Shown here: one piece after another, positions 43,901 to 52,671 of the stretch
How positions within the stretch are numbered: position 1 is the stretch's first letter
Layout of the letters: each line of letters opens with the position of its first letter
Translations under genes and position numbers: made by a program
NCBI GenBank assembly: GCA_964019425.1
Contig: OZ025784.1
Coordinates: 310,001 to 374,000, forward strand
Reading direction: 5' to 3'
Length of the DNA: 64,000 nt
Origin: Flectonema sp. DT1601
Taxonomy: Eukaryota
Notes under the pieces: model-generated
The model's input: the letters and a program-made list of their open reading frames with translations, nothing else
Databases searched by the model: none
What the model was told of the DNA's origin: nothing

Positions 43901-44386
43901 AAACACGCTGCAGGTACGATAAAGAAACCTCCAGATGACAGTGTGGTACTCGAGAGTTTAGTTACTAGACTGGATATGGGAACCCTTATGACTTTTCACA
44001 AGAGAAGAAAACGAGAGGAGTGGATTGGAGCCGGCGAACAGAGGCATCCACCTTTTGTAGAAGAACTGACGAGACCACAAGAAGTCCTAATGTCCCGCTT
44101 CAGAGTTGGACACTGTAGATCTCTTAAACTAAAAGGAATAAACGAACAGTGCATCTTCTGTCATGGAGATACTGCAACACCGCATCATGTGCTTTTCAAG
44201 TGCAACCACTGGTGTATCCAAAAGATGAGATCATTGTACATACACAGCATGATTAATACCGAAACTGGTGAAGTAGTGAGTAAAGTAGTGGACTGCTTCT
44301 TAAAGGAGAATCAACGCAGCATGTCCAACTTTGTAGTGGTACTGGACCAAATAGCTGAAATGCTCGGAAGACCTGGAAATCCATAA
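40901..44386 (+). CDS. Family A Pol: partial APE + RT + RNase H + Zn finger (Ingi/I-group-like)
   Basis: SDHLPI, KAPGSDG, SYRPITLTS, GVPQGSVLGP, FADD, RYLG, VYTDGS, YVPAH, RFRVGH..CIFC..HVLFKC. Confidence 0.92.
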   Translation: MEVLNEPQQITRPLSSSSPDIIALDNSMMANIGLLNGWSSDHLPISVKIENIHLTKTKPQSNEMWQWKWKCAKWHAYSEVLTTAATKLKNIETVQKLATRISVEILKAAKQTIPGYKKRTQTTFSVRDPEIERLLDEPNQDKVDKDAIAEGIRKIKRNIIECDMTGMDYQWAFRKVKQLEGGIVDNNISELEHEGSTTTDPKEMADIFTTAYATQFNLVDDEVPSLVFENKPGDEGNEEFTMRELKRQLKKLKDKKAPGSDGVWNTMLKKLPETFMVQLLRLFNMTWEKSAVPRSWKYGIVVPILKSGKDKKRVLSYRPITLTSAISKLFEKMMAERMHHLLGDRMSARQAAYKRGRSAVENLCMITERLLDGRYRGRESMLMTFDLQKAFDAVQPKILLKRMSEVGIPAKYTRWVQSYLTGRKITTRVNGEKGTFKHIQVGVPQGSVLGPQLFSIYIESLIRELNRYKPAVFADDVGLVMTSPDVKGLEDKANTAVRIFSNWAAASHICINKSPGKTEFIHVRPDTDSQENKSPQVLYPEGHTFKYVVTTAEAIRKMLNNQDSTTIGNSKKAITHFYVVPQHKIKRKLPTTETVLVDMQMEPSKCSQLQKVRTRGDILRMLQGTGSGLKAFAFSVVDKLHETDVVRYLGVLYDKNLDFKTHMRKMMTAASRGLGLLLRLSRMGCRKRTLICVLVTVVMARVLYGVESFAWLLPKRGDVSLERLNILINRAARQVTGCLPSTRLRNLYHEADMPKLQEHIRYKMCRAYEEFKLSPHLPACSLTMTEGGLNYPPKTAWGRIVWDEYVSGIPGLDKHRSSYHSEINPKHYKMRSWKVTNAMEFNYCFGKEEAKDKEAGLPIEDVKVYTDGSIRHRTKTYMTKSGASVIIVKGKEVSMTGFRIPVAGSSYRTEQIAVEQAMRILLKNKKASEGILPTTKTHILTDSMSLIQALERGPEEQKSATNASIWKLALKLEHRGVNINMQYVPAHMDVLYNEIADKVAKHAAGTIKKPPDDSVVLESLVTRLDMGTLMTFHKRRKREEWIGAGEQRHPPFVEELTRPQEVLMSRFRVGHCRSLKLKGINEQCIFCHGDTATPHHVLFKCNHWCIQKMRSLYIHSMINTETGEVVSKVVDCFLKENQRSMSNFVVVLDQIAEMLGRPGNP

Positions 44387-44617
44387 TTTAAAGATGCGGT
44401 TCTTAGACCAAATGAGGAAGTAAACTGAACTCTTTAGTAATTGATAAACAAAGAAAACAAAGAAGATACGAAGCCTACGGGAACCCCCCATCCCATCCCC
44501 AATCCCCACAAAAAGAAAGTTTACAGAAGAAAGAAAGAACAACCGCGCCTAACAGCGCAAACAGCAAAGCAGGTCGAAGGAACCTGCTGTGCACACAAAA
44601 AAAAAAAAAAAAAAAAA

Positions 44618-47600
44618 GCAAGAGGACGACCAGCTAACCGGACGCTCTCTAGCAAACAAAGGAACAAGCTTGCTCACACGATCAACGGAAATGGGCCTAA
44701 GATAGAAGAAAGGGAAAGGCTGGACCGAGACAACACCCGGGTAGACCGGGGAGAAACGAGGAAGAAACCGGCGGAGAGGAGACTCAAGAAGCAGCAAGAG
44801 GACCAGGAGGAAGAGAGGAAGGAGCTGCTCAGCAAACATGAGCTCCTTGAAGCACAACAAAAGAAGCTGGACGAGCAGCACAGGCAGCAACAATTAGATC
44901 TCTTTCAGGAAAAGCTCCAACTGGAACAAGACTTGGAGGATCACAAGAATCAACAAGTGGAGAAACAACAACTACTGGAACAACAACACCAGCAGCAGCA
45001 GCTTGAGCTTCACCAAACGAAGCATCAGATGCAACAGGAACTGGAGAACCAACAACAACAACAGCATGAAAAGCAACAACAGCAGCAACAGCAACTTGAT
45101 CATCAAGTCCAACAGCAGCAGGAAATTCAACAGCAGCAGCAACAGCAACTTGATCATCAAGTCCAACAACAGCATCTAAACCATCAACAGAGCCAAGAAC
45201 TATTTAACCAACAACAGCAAGAATTGCTTAAGTTCAAGGCAGACCTCCAACAAAAACAGGAGATAATCCTGAACCAACAGCAGCAACTCGAACAGCAGCA
45301 CAGCAAGGAGAAGGATATCGAGAGAGAGTCTCTCCGCAGGAGAAGATGTCAACTCGAGGAAGACCACCGTCAACAGCAACTTGAACAGTCCAGGATTCAA
45401 CAGGAACTGCAACTGCAACAGACAAGCCTGGAGGAAAAACAGCATCTGCTACAACAGCAATTTAATGTGGAATTGGAAAAGGGTAAACTGGAGTTACTGG
45501 ACTTACAGCAACAACTGGAGAAGAAAAACCAGGAAGGTCTGAAGGAGCAGGAGGTGGCTCTACAGCTTAAACAACGGCTGCTTATCGAACAGCACAACAA
45601 GGAGAAGGAGGACGGGAAGCAGGAGTTATTGGTCCTGCAACAGCAACTAAGCGAGCAACGTCTGCATGATCAGCAGCAACAGCAACAGAGAAGCGAGGAG
45701 TTAAAGAAGCAAGAAGAAGACCTCGAACTTCAACGACTCCAACTGCAACGCCAGCAGGAGGATGAAATGGAGAAGGGCAGATATGAGCTCCAGAGTCTCA
45801 GGGACATGCTGGGTATGGAGTTTGAGGAACAGAAGACGTCACTAAAAATCCTAGGGGATAATCTTCGCCATCAGCAACAACAGCTCCAGCAACAACAGCA
45901 AATCTTCCAAGAAAAAGAAGAACGACTTGATCAGTACTACGTACACCAGCCTTATGCCACCGACACCAACTCCCACTACCAACTTCCTCAAGACCCCCGG
46001 TTTGATGAACTTCAGAGGGAGCTACGTCAGGAACGGGCTGAGAAAGGAGAACTTAGGGAGCTGCTGAGATCTCTTCAACACCAACTGAAGGAAATGACGC
46101 AAGAACTTAACTTGCAGAGAATGGAAGCTCAGGAGCAAAGGGAGGCTGCCAAGAAAGAGTCACTAGGAATGCAAGCCCGCTACCTGCAGGAATTACAAGC
46201 GGAGAGAGCTCAGGTGAAGGAGCTCAATCACTTGAGGGCGGATGAAGATGATGTTGCGATGGCAGTCGTACAACGGGAAGTCGCATCGGATGAGAATCTC
46301 CATCTGAATATGATGCGTGAACTGGAAGGGGACAGGAAAAAGAGCTCGAAGGTAATTACTGAAGCTCAACTGTCTGAGAGGGAGGGTCTTAGGACTCAGA
46401 TGACGAAGGAGGAGGGTAAGCTTGCACTCGTTCAAGGCAAGTTCGAAAATGATGCCCTGAAGGAGGAGGCTTTGGTGACGAGACTGGAGCTGGTGCCGGA
46501 GTACTGGCCGGATAACATGGTGTTATCAGAGGCTAGCTACAAGGCTGGTGGGAGAGGAGTGTACCTCACAACCACGAAGGAAGTAAGAAGGAGAATGGCT
46601 GGGGCTGAGCTGGGTGCCTGGGAATCGCTGACCTTGGTCACGTTGTTTCCCCCTACGGATAAAGCGAAGGAAGTGCAGGTCGTGTTGAAGGTGAAGACTG
46701 ACGATGGGGTGAAGAGATCTCTGAGGAGGCTGTGGCTATCAGCCCTGGGTAGGGAGGTCCTCCCAAAAGGAACGGATATCAGTGCGACGGTGAGAACGAG
46801 GGAACTGGTTGCTCGGTTGGACAAGAGATGGGCCGAGGAGAAGAGATGGTTGGAGGTGAAGCGTTCTCCGATGAAACTATCCCAGGAACTGAAGAAGTTA
46901 CCGGGGTACGTTGATACCTACAACGCTAGAGTAGGTGATCAACAAATAACGGTCATGCTGCGGGTAAAGGAAACGGAGGTGAAGAACTTCCTCAGGGAGT
47001 CAGGGAAGGAGGGCACCTTTACCAAAGAAAGAGATCACCTGGATGAGAAGGCAGTGAAGGCATCTGTTCTGTGGCTGCCGAAGGATGACACCCTCAGTTT
47101 GGCGAGAGACAAGGCGGAAGAAGTTGAGGGAGGTCTAGGGTTAGTGCTTAACGAGTATGGCCTTGGTATAAGGGTTAACAGTTGGCATGAGAAGGCTGCG
47201 AGGGAGATGTTGCACCTGCCGGCGAAACTTCCGGAGACCAGGATCTCGGGAATCCCAATAGGAACTTCGACGGATGAAGCGGTGAAATACCTCATCTCGA
47301 GGGAAGGATGGGAGGTGAGGAAGATGAAGGATGGTGTTCGGAACGGGATGCGGTGGATGGTCGTGCGTGGTCCCGAGAGGGATGGCGAGACTGTCACCAT
47401 CGACGGAGTCCTTTGTCTACTCGAGCCGATGAAGAAGAAGGTGGTTGCTCCTGTGAAGTCGGTCAAAGTAGCCCCGAAGGTGAAGGAACAGAAGCCGGAA
47501 AAGCGAAGGGATCCTTCGGAGGGCACGGACAAGTGGTATACGCGTGTGGAATTCATTGCGTACCACGGTAAGAAGAAGGGAATCCGTCTGTGGGGGGAGG

Positions 47601-47782
47601 CATCGCAGAACGCACAGGAAGCTTCGGTGAAGCTGGAATCGGTATCGACCCCTGAACAGCAGAAACAGAACAAGAAGGAAAAGAATACACCTCCAAAGAA
47701 TGATGAACGGAAGAAGTGTTCAGTCGAGGATAGACTGGAACGTCTTGAGCGTCTGCTCTTGTCGCTTGTAGGGAGCAAGTGA
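44618..47782 (+). CDS. Family B ORF1 (Gln-rich coiled coil, gag-like C-terminal half); 5' start unclear
   Basis: Frame is open from the junction with no ATG for >130 codons; long Q/E-rich region; ends in TGA at 47780-47782. Confidence 0.8.
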   Translation, partial: ARGRPANRTLSSKQRNKLAHTINGNGPKIEERERLDRDNTRVDRGETRKKPAERRLKKQQEDQEEERKELLSKHELLEAQQKKLDEQHRQQQLDLFQEKLQLEQDLEDHKNQQVEKQQLLEQQHQQQQLELHQTKHQMQQELENQQQQQHEKQQQQQQQLDHQVQQQQEIQQQQQQQLDHQVQQQHLNHQQSQELFNQQQQELLKFKADLQQKQEIILNQQQQLEQQHSKEKDIERESLRRRRCQLEEDHRQQQLEQSRIQQELQLQQTSLEEKQHLLQQQFNVELEKGKLELLDLQQQLEKKNQEGLKEQEVALQLKQRLLIEQHNKEKEDGKQELLVLQQQLSEQRLHDQQQQQQRSEELKKQEEDLELQRLQLQRQQEDEMEKGRYELQSLRDMLGMEFEEQKTSLKILGDNLRHQQQQLQQQQQIFQEKEERLDQYYVHQPYATDTNSHYQLPQDPRFDELQRELRQERAEKGELRELLRSLQHQLKEMTQELNLQRMEAQEQREAAKKESLGMQARYLQELQAERAQVKELNHLRADEDDVAMAVVQREVASDENLHLNMMRELEGDRKKSSKVITEAQLSEREGLRTQMTKEEGKLALVQGKFENDALKEEALVTRLELVPEYWPDNMVLSEASYKAGGRGVYLTTTKEVRRRMAGAELGAWESLTLVTLFPPTDKAKEVQVVLKVKTDDGVKRSLRRLWLSALGREVLPKGTDISATVRTRELVARLDKRWAEEKRWLEVKRSPMKLSQELKKLPGYVDTYNARVGDQQITVMLRVKETEVKNFLRESGKEGTFTKERDHLDEKAVKASVLWLPKDDTLSLARDKAEEVEGGLGLVLNEYGLGIRVNSWHEKAAREMLHLPAKLPETRISGIPIGTSTDEAVKYLISREGWEVRKMKDGVRNGMRWMVVRGPERDGETVTIDGVLCLLEPMKKKVVAPVKSVKVAPKVKEQKPEKRRDPSEGTDKWYTRVEFIAYHGKKKGIRLWGEASQNAQEASVKLESVSTPEQQKQNKKEKNTPPKNDERKKCSVEDRLERLERLLLSLVGSK

Positions 47783-50700
47783 CTTGATGGGCGGGATTGG
47801 GCGGAAACGCGAAGGCGTCTTCTGCTACTGGCGGGTGACGTAGAGAGGAATCCGGGACCGAGACGCCGTCATGATGGACCCACTTCGGAGCTGCGAGTTA
47901 TCAGCTGGAACTGCAGAACGATCAACGGAAGAGAGGAGTTCATAGGAAATATCCTGGGAAAGTACAACCCTGATGTATTATGCCTGCAGGAAACCTCAGT
48001 TCGGAAGCCTCTATATCACTGGAATTACATCACGTACAGGAGAGATAGACCGGGTAGAGGTGGCGGTATAATCACCATGGTGAAGAGAGGCCTTCAGCAT
48101 GCTTGCTATGAAGTCTGTATCCCTTCGGTTAGAGGAATTGTTGAGACATTGGGTGTCAGGATTAATGATGAGATAAATGTTCTTAACGTGTATTCGCCGC
48201 CAAGTTCTAAGATAGATTTTGATCTCTTCCCTTTGAAGCGTGATGAAAGGTTTATATTTGCTGGTGACTTCAATGCTCATCATAAACTCTGGTCGAAGAA
48301 GACGGATACGAAGGGCTGCCAGCTTCTAGAGTGGTGCAGATCTAATAACCTTCTAATTGCAAACGATCCGGGATTTGTGACGTTGCCGAGACACGGTACT
48401 TCGCCGGATGCAATCCTACACCACGAGGAGTTACTACTACTACACTTCGGGCTAATAGGTGATGGCTCTGAACATGGATCTGATCACTTACCTCTTGCTG
48501 CTGTCTTTGATACGTTCTCACCTCTGGAAACAGTTAACAACCAGGCATCGAAAAAATCAGTCTGGGACTTTAATACAGCTGATTGGTACTCGTTCCGTCA
48601 TGATTTGGATTACCGATTTAGCAAGGTGAACAGTCCTCCGAAGGTGGGTATCAGGGCGGCAACATTTAACCGTATCCTGCTTCATGTGGCGAAGAAGAAC
48701 ATCCGCAGAAGGCTCAGGATCCAGGGTAAGAGGAGGAGAATGTGGAATTCCTCAACCCCTGAGACCAAACAAGCGAAGGGAAAATTCGTTGCTGAGAAAC
48801 TTGCACAAGGTGAAGGTTTTGCATTCGCCTTTAAGAAGATAAAGGACTTGGATGCCGATGGGGGACAGGACGTCCAAATCCCTGAATTCAGTGAGGACCA
48901 ACTCCCCAGTAAATTTCTCGATCAGTTCGTTAAGACCTCTGTCAGGAAACGACTGAAATCTCCGAAGCTGAAGCCAAGTGATTACGTAGGTGCTTGTGGA
49001 CCTCTGGTGATGTCTGAGCTTGAGCGCGCCATCAAGAAGGTTAAAGCTGGTAAGGCTCCTGGTCCTGATGGAATCCACGGGGCGATGCTGAAGAACCTTT
49101 CTGCAACCGGTAGACGTTTTCTCTTAGCGGTGTTCAACGACTCCTGGCTCTCAGCTAGAGTTCCGAAGGTCTGGAAAGAGGGTATGATCAAACCGGTATA
49201 CAAACCGGGTAAACCCAAAGAAAAGCTATCCAGCTACAGACCGATCACGTTGACATCTGTAGTCGGTAAAATGCTTGAACGGATAATTTACGACAGGCTA
49301 ATGTATTGGTTGACGTCAAATAATGCCTTGTCCTCCATTCAGGCAGGTTTCAGAAGGGGTAGGAATACTTGCGAGCAAATCTCACTGCTGGTCAACGCGC
49401 TTCATGGTGCGAGAAAAGGTGGCAAGAGTTCGATACTGCTCTCTTTCGACTTCACTGAGGCATTTGATAGGATAAATCATGTTAAACTGATTGCTAAAAT
49501 GGTGGCGATGGGGATTCCTTCACCATTCATCGGATGGGTCGCTAACTTTCTGACGCGAAGGAAGGCAAAGGTTAGTGTCAATGGCAATCTGAGCGCATAC
49601 AGAACTGTGACGAAAGGTGTTCCGCAAGGGTCGATTGTTGGGCCTCTCCTTTATCTGATATATGTCGACGACCTGGCTAAGAAACTTGAGAAGACCGGAT
49701 GTGTTTCAGCACTCTACGCAGACGACACAGCTTGTGTGGTTTCGAATAAGGATTTTAAAGTAACTTACCGAATGGCGCAATTAGTCCTTGGGTTAGTAGA
49801 TCGTTGGTGCAAAGATAATGACATGGCACTGTCGGTTTCGAAGACCTGCGGGATGCCGGTGGACTGTCCTAGGAATATGTATTGGAGGCTGGGATTCCCC
49901 AGAACGTCAGGAGAGAACTTCTTTCGGATCAGTAGGGAGGAACTGGCTGGGATGATTCGGTCAAATGAAGAAGGTAGGCCATTACTTGGAAATGGGGCGA
50001 TGATCCTCAAGCTGGGTGATACGGAGGTTACGAAGGCAAGTGAACTTCTTGAACTGATGCCAGTGGGTCCGGATCCGACCTGGGTGAAGTTGCTGACTGC
50101 CGTACTCATGCCGATGGTGGATAGTGTTAAGTACTTGGGTGTACATATTGACGATGACCTTACATATGGTACACAAGTGGATAAACTACTGGATGAGACG
50201 AGGAAGGGACTTGTTCTGCTTCGAAAGTTAGAGCCATTCAACTTTGATTTCAAAACGCTGAACATGATCAAGAACTTATACATCCTCTCAAGGATTCTGT
50301 ATGGGCTTGAGAGCTATGGACCTTTCCTGACAGATGAACAGCTTAAACCTATTGACCTGAATCTGAGGAAGATAGCTAGAAAGATCACCGGCTGCGGCTT
50401 CAACACAAGGTCCCTTCCGTTACTGTGGGAGGCGAACATACTCCCGATGAGACTGCAGATTGAGAAGCAAGCCAGGATTGCTCTATTCAGGTATCGGTCA
50501 CTGGATTGGGTTCCTTCTACGAAGGGAATCGCTAGTGGAACTTGGAGTTCAACTTTACCGGCCGAGGACCGAAATATGGAGATCCAGGGGATTGTCATGC
50601 CTGACAGCATCGAGCCATGGATAGATGTTCCGAACCTGGAGATATCTTGCGGATATGGACATTCGAAGACCGGTGTTGCTGAAGTGGACAAGGCTAAGTT

Positions 50701-51646
50701 CGAGGAGTACTGCAGCGAACTTAGGCCTTGTACCTCGTCCATTTTTGTTGACGGATCCCACGACCCTGTCAACTACACGGCAGGCGCAGCGGCAGTGCAG
50801 ATCACGCCGTGTGAACGGACCATGGCATCGAGACTTGTTGCAACGGAAAGTAGTTATAAAGCTGAACAGGTAACTCTGAAGCTGTTAATAAGTGAATTTG
50901 GAAAAGCAACCTCTGTCTTGGGTCCCAGATCTGGAATCACGAGAGTCTTCAGTGATTCTAAATCCAATCTGGATGAGCTGCGTGGTGGAATTGCGGCTCA
51001 GAGGAAGCTGAACTCTCTCTCGATACTAGAAGGGATAAGAAAATTAGACTCATTCGTACACCTTCAATTCATCCCAGCTCACGTGGGAATTGAACCGCAT
51101 GACAAGGCAGATGAACTGGCGAAAAAGATCTCAAAAGATGTTAAGAGCAAGCCGGTGTCAACGACTATGGACTTCTTCGCACATAAGTCAAGGATAGTGA
51201 GGGAAGCTAACAGAAAGCTGTTTGGTAAGATTATGGAGGGTTCAACAAGGGCGAAACCACCGATCAAACGGGTGATGCTTAGGCAGTATCTTGATGCTAC
51301 CGGAGGCCTGAGAGCGGCTCGATACCCCAAGGACATGCTGAGAGAATCAGAGATAAGGATAGCCAGGTTCAGAACGGGCTCTCACCCCCTGCTCAGGGTA
51401 AATGAACTACCGATAAAGTGCCCCTTCTGCAAAAGAACAGACTCTACTGCCAGACATCTAATATTTGATTGCGAGGATGGTGACGTGGTCCGCATTAGAG
51501 AAGGAACAATAAGATCAAACATTCAGGAAGCGAGAATTTCCGAGACCAAACTGAATCTTTCAATAATGTTTGCGACGAGAAATCTTCACGCCCTAGCAGG
51601 CTACTTATGGCATTTGGAACAACGAACAGGCTTATCAAACTGTTAA
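47783..51646 (+). CDS. Family B ORF2: 2A-like peptide + APE + RT + RNase H + Zn finger
   Basis: In frame with ORF1 and open from 47783: LLLLAGDVERNPGP, ISWNCR, LCLQET, GDFNAHH, SDHLP, GVPQGS, YADD, KYLG, FVDGS, FIPAHVG, CPFC. Confidence 0.92.
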   Translation, partial: LDGRDWAETRRRLLLLAGDVERNPGPRRRHDGPTSELRVISWNCRTINGREEFIGNILGKYNPDVLCLQETSVRKPLYHWNYITYRRDRPGRGGGIITMVKRGLQHACYEVCIPSVRGIVETLGVRINDEINVLNVYSPPSSKIDFDLFPLKRDERFIFAGDFNAHHKLWSKKTDTKGCQLLEWCRSNNLLIANDPGFVTLPRHGTSPDAILHHEELLLLHFGLIGDGSEHGSDHLPLAAVFDTFSPLETVNNQASKKSVWDFNTADWYSFRHDLDYRFSKVNSPPKVGIRAATFNRILLHVAKKNIRRRLRIQGKRRRMWNSSTPETKQAKGKFVAEKLAQGEGFAFAFKKIKDLDADGGQDVQIPEFSEDQLPSKFLDQFVKTSVRKRLKSPKLKPSDYVGACGPLVMSELERAIKKVKAGKAPGPDGIHGAMLKNLSATGRRFLLAVFNDSWLSARVPKVWKEGMIKPVYKPGKPKEKLSSYRPITLTSVVGKMLERIIYDRLMYWLTSNNALSSIQAGFRRGRNTCEQISLLVNALHGARKGGKSSILLSFDFTEAFDRINHVKLIAKMVAMGIPSPFIGWVANFLTRRKAKVSVNGNLSAYRTVTKGVPQGSIVGPLLYLIYVDDLAKKLEKTGCVSALYADDTACVVSNKDFKVTYRMAQLVLGLVDRWCKDNDMALSVSKTCGMPVDCPRNMYWRLGFPRTSGENFFRISREELAGMIRSNEEGRPLLGNGAMILKLGDTEVTKASELLELMPVGPDPTWVKLLTAVLMPMVDSVKYLGVHIDDDLTYGTQVDKLLDETRKGLVLLRKLEPFNFDFKTLNMIKNLYILSRILYGLESYGPFLTDEQLKPIDLNLRKIARKITGCGFNTRSLPLLWEANILPMRLQIEKQARIALFRYRSLDWVPSTKGIASGTWSSTLPAEDRNMEIQGIVMPDSIEPWIDVPNLEISCGYGHSKTGVAEVDKAKFEEYCSELRPCTSSIFVDGSHDPVNYTAGAAAVQITPCERTMASRLVATESSYKAEQVTLKLLISEFGKATSVLGPRSGITRVFSDSKSNLDELRGGIAAQRKLNSLSILEGIRKLDSFVHLQFIPAHVGIEPHDKADELAKKISKDVKSKPVSTTMDFFAHKSRIVREANRKLFGKIMEGSTRAKPPIKRVMLRQYLDATGGLRAARYPKDMLRESEIRIARFRTGSHPLLRVNELPIKCPFCKRTDSTARHLIFDCEDGDVVRIREGTIRSNIQEARISETKLNLSIMFATRNLHALAGYLWHLEQRTGLSNC

Positions 51647-51952
51647 CTGATTGGTAGTTGCTAATTCATTAGTATCATTCTCCCTTATCACACTCCTTAA
51701 TCATCTCCTAATTTCTCTGAGGACATCCACAGAGCTTCATGGCTCGTAGGTAACCCAGTGGTCTTTGGCCACCGTCCCTGTACTGATCCTTCGCTTTATA
51801 TTAACTGTGTCTTGAGATTCCTATCCGGGGAAGTCCTCCAACGGACTCAGGACAGTTGCGCTTGTTTTTACTTGTTTACTTTATCAAAAAATAAGAAGGG
51901 CAAGAATGCTCAGAACGAAGAAAAATAAAGTGGAAAGACAGGGGGGATGTGA

Positions 51953-51988
<36 letters not shown>

Positions 51989-52008
51989 AGAAACTTTTTA
52001 TTATTATT

Positions 52009-52606
52009 GGATCTCATCACTTACTTAGAATTAAAGAAGTTCCTCGGATGTGTCTCTTTTGTCAAAGAACGGAGTCTTCACCACGTCATCTGATACTGGA
52101 ATGCACTGCTGCGGCGCTGATGTACATTCGAAAAGGAACTATTGGTGAAATTATTGAGGAAGCAAGAATCTCGAAGACTGCCTTGAGTCTTCCGTTCATG
52201 TTTGCTACACGTAACTTGCATGCCCTTGCCGGATTCATATGGAACATGGAGCAATGGGTTCAAACCTGACAGCACTCAGCTGTAGTTAAACAAGTCAATA
52301 CTATTATCTTTTAGTATACATCTTCTCCATTCTTTCTCCTTATCTCCTAATTCTATGAGGACAACCGTAGGGCCCTTTCGGCTCGCAGGTGACCCAGTGG
52401 TCTTTGGCCACCGTCTTTACGTTGATCTCTCGCTTTGCAAGCACAGTGTCAGGAGCTGCCGATCCGTGGAGGTCCTCTAACGGACTCCTGACAGTTGCAC
52501 GCGTATCTTTGTCTTGTTAAAAAAAATAAGAAGAGCGTTGGTGCTCAGAATATAAAAAAAGCAAAATGAAAGAGAGACAAGAAAGATGTGACAAAATAAA
52601 AAAATA
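52009..52606 (+). mobile_element. 5'-truncated copy B2 of a B-related subfamily
   Basis: GSHHLLRIKEVPRMCLFC..MFATRNLHALAG matches the B1 C-terminus; homologous 3' UTR and A-rich tail. Confidence 0.85.
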
Positions 52607-52671
52607 AAGAAATCTTTAATTTAAATTCTAAAGAAATAATATTTCTTTTTATTATTATTTTCTTTTTTCTT

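Larger units (their letters stand above)
40742..44617 (+). mobile_element. Non-LTR retrotransposon family A, copy A1 (internally deleted; ribozyme joined to mid-APE)
   Basis: APE homology resumes at ~40811 (SDINGHHEIW); RT, RNase H and Zn finger follow; 3' UTR; A21 tail at 44597-44617. Confidence 0.88.
44618..51986 (+). mobile_element. Non-LTR retrotransposon family B, copy B1 (near full length, two ORFs)
   Basis: ORF1 and ORF2 uninterrupted, structured 3' UTR, poly(A) at 51955-51986. Confidence 0.9.

Noticed and set aside
44441..44617. ORF-track N-terminal extension of B ORF1 (MINKENK..KKKKKKK)
   Set aside because: This is the A1 3' UTR and poly(A) read in frame by chance; the same text occurs in A2 and A3
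47035..47778. 247-aa antisense ORF and similar antisense ORFs over the retroelements
   Set aside because: Shadow ORFs of purine-biased sense coding sequence with no motifs
51716..51740. CTGAGGA as a hammerhead core in the B1 3' UTR
   Set aside because: No downstream GAAA core, and it is not conserved in B2
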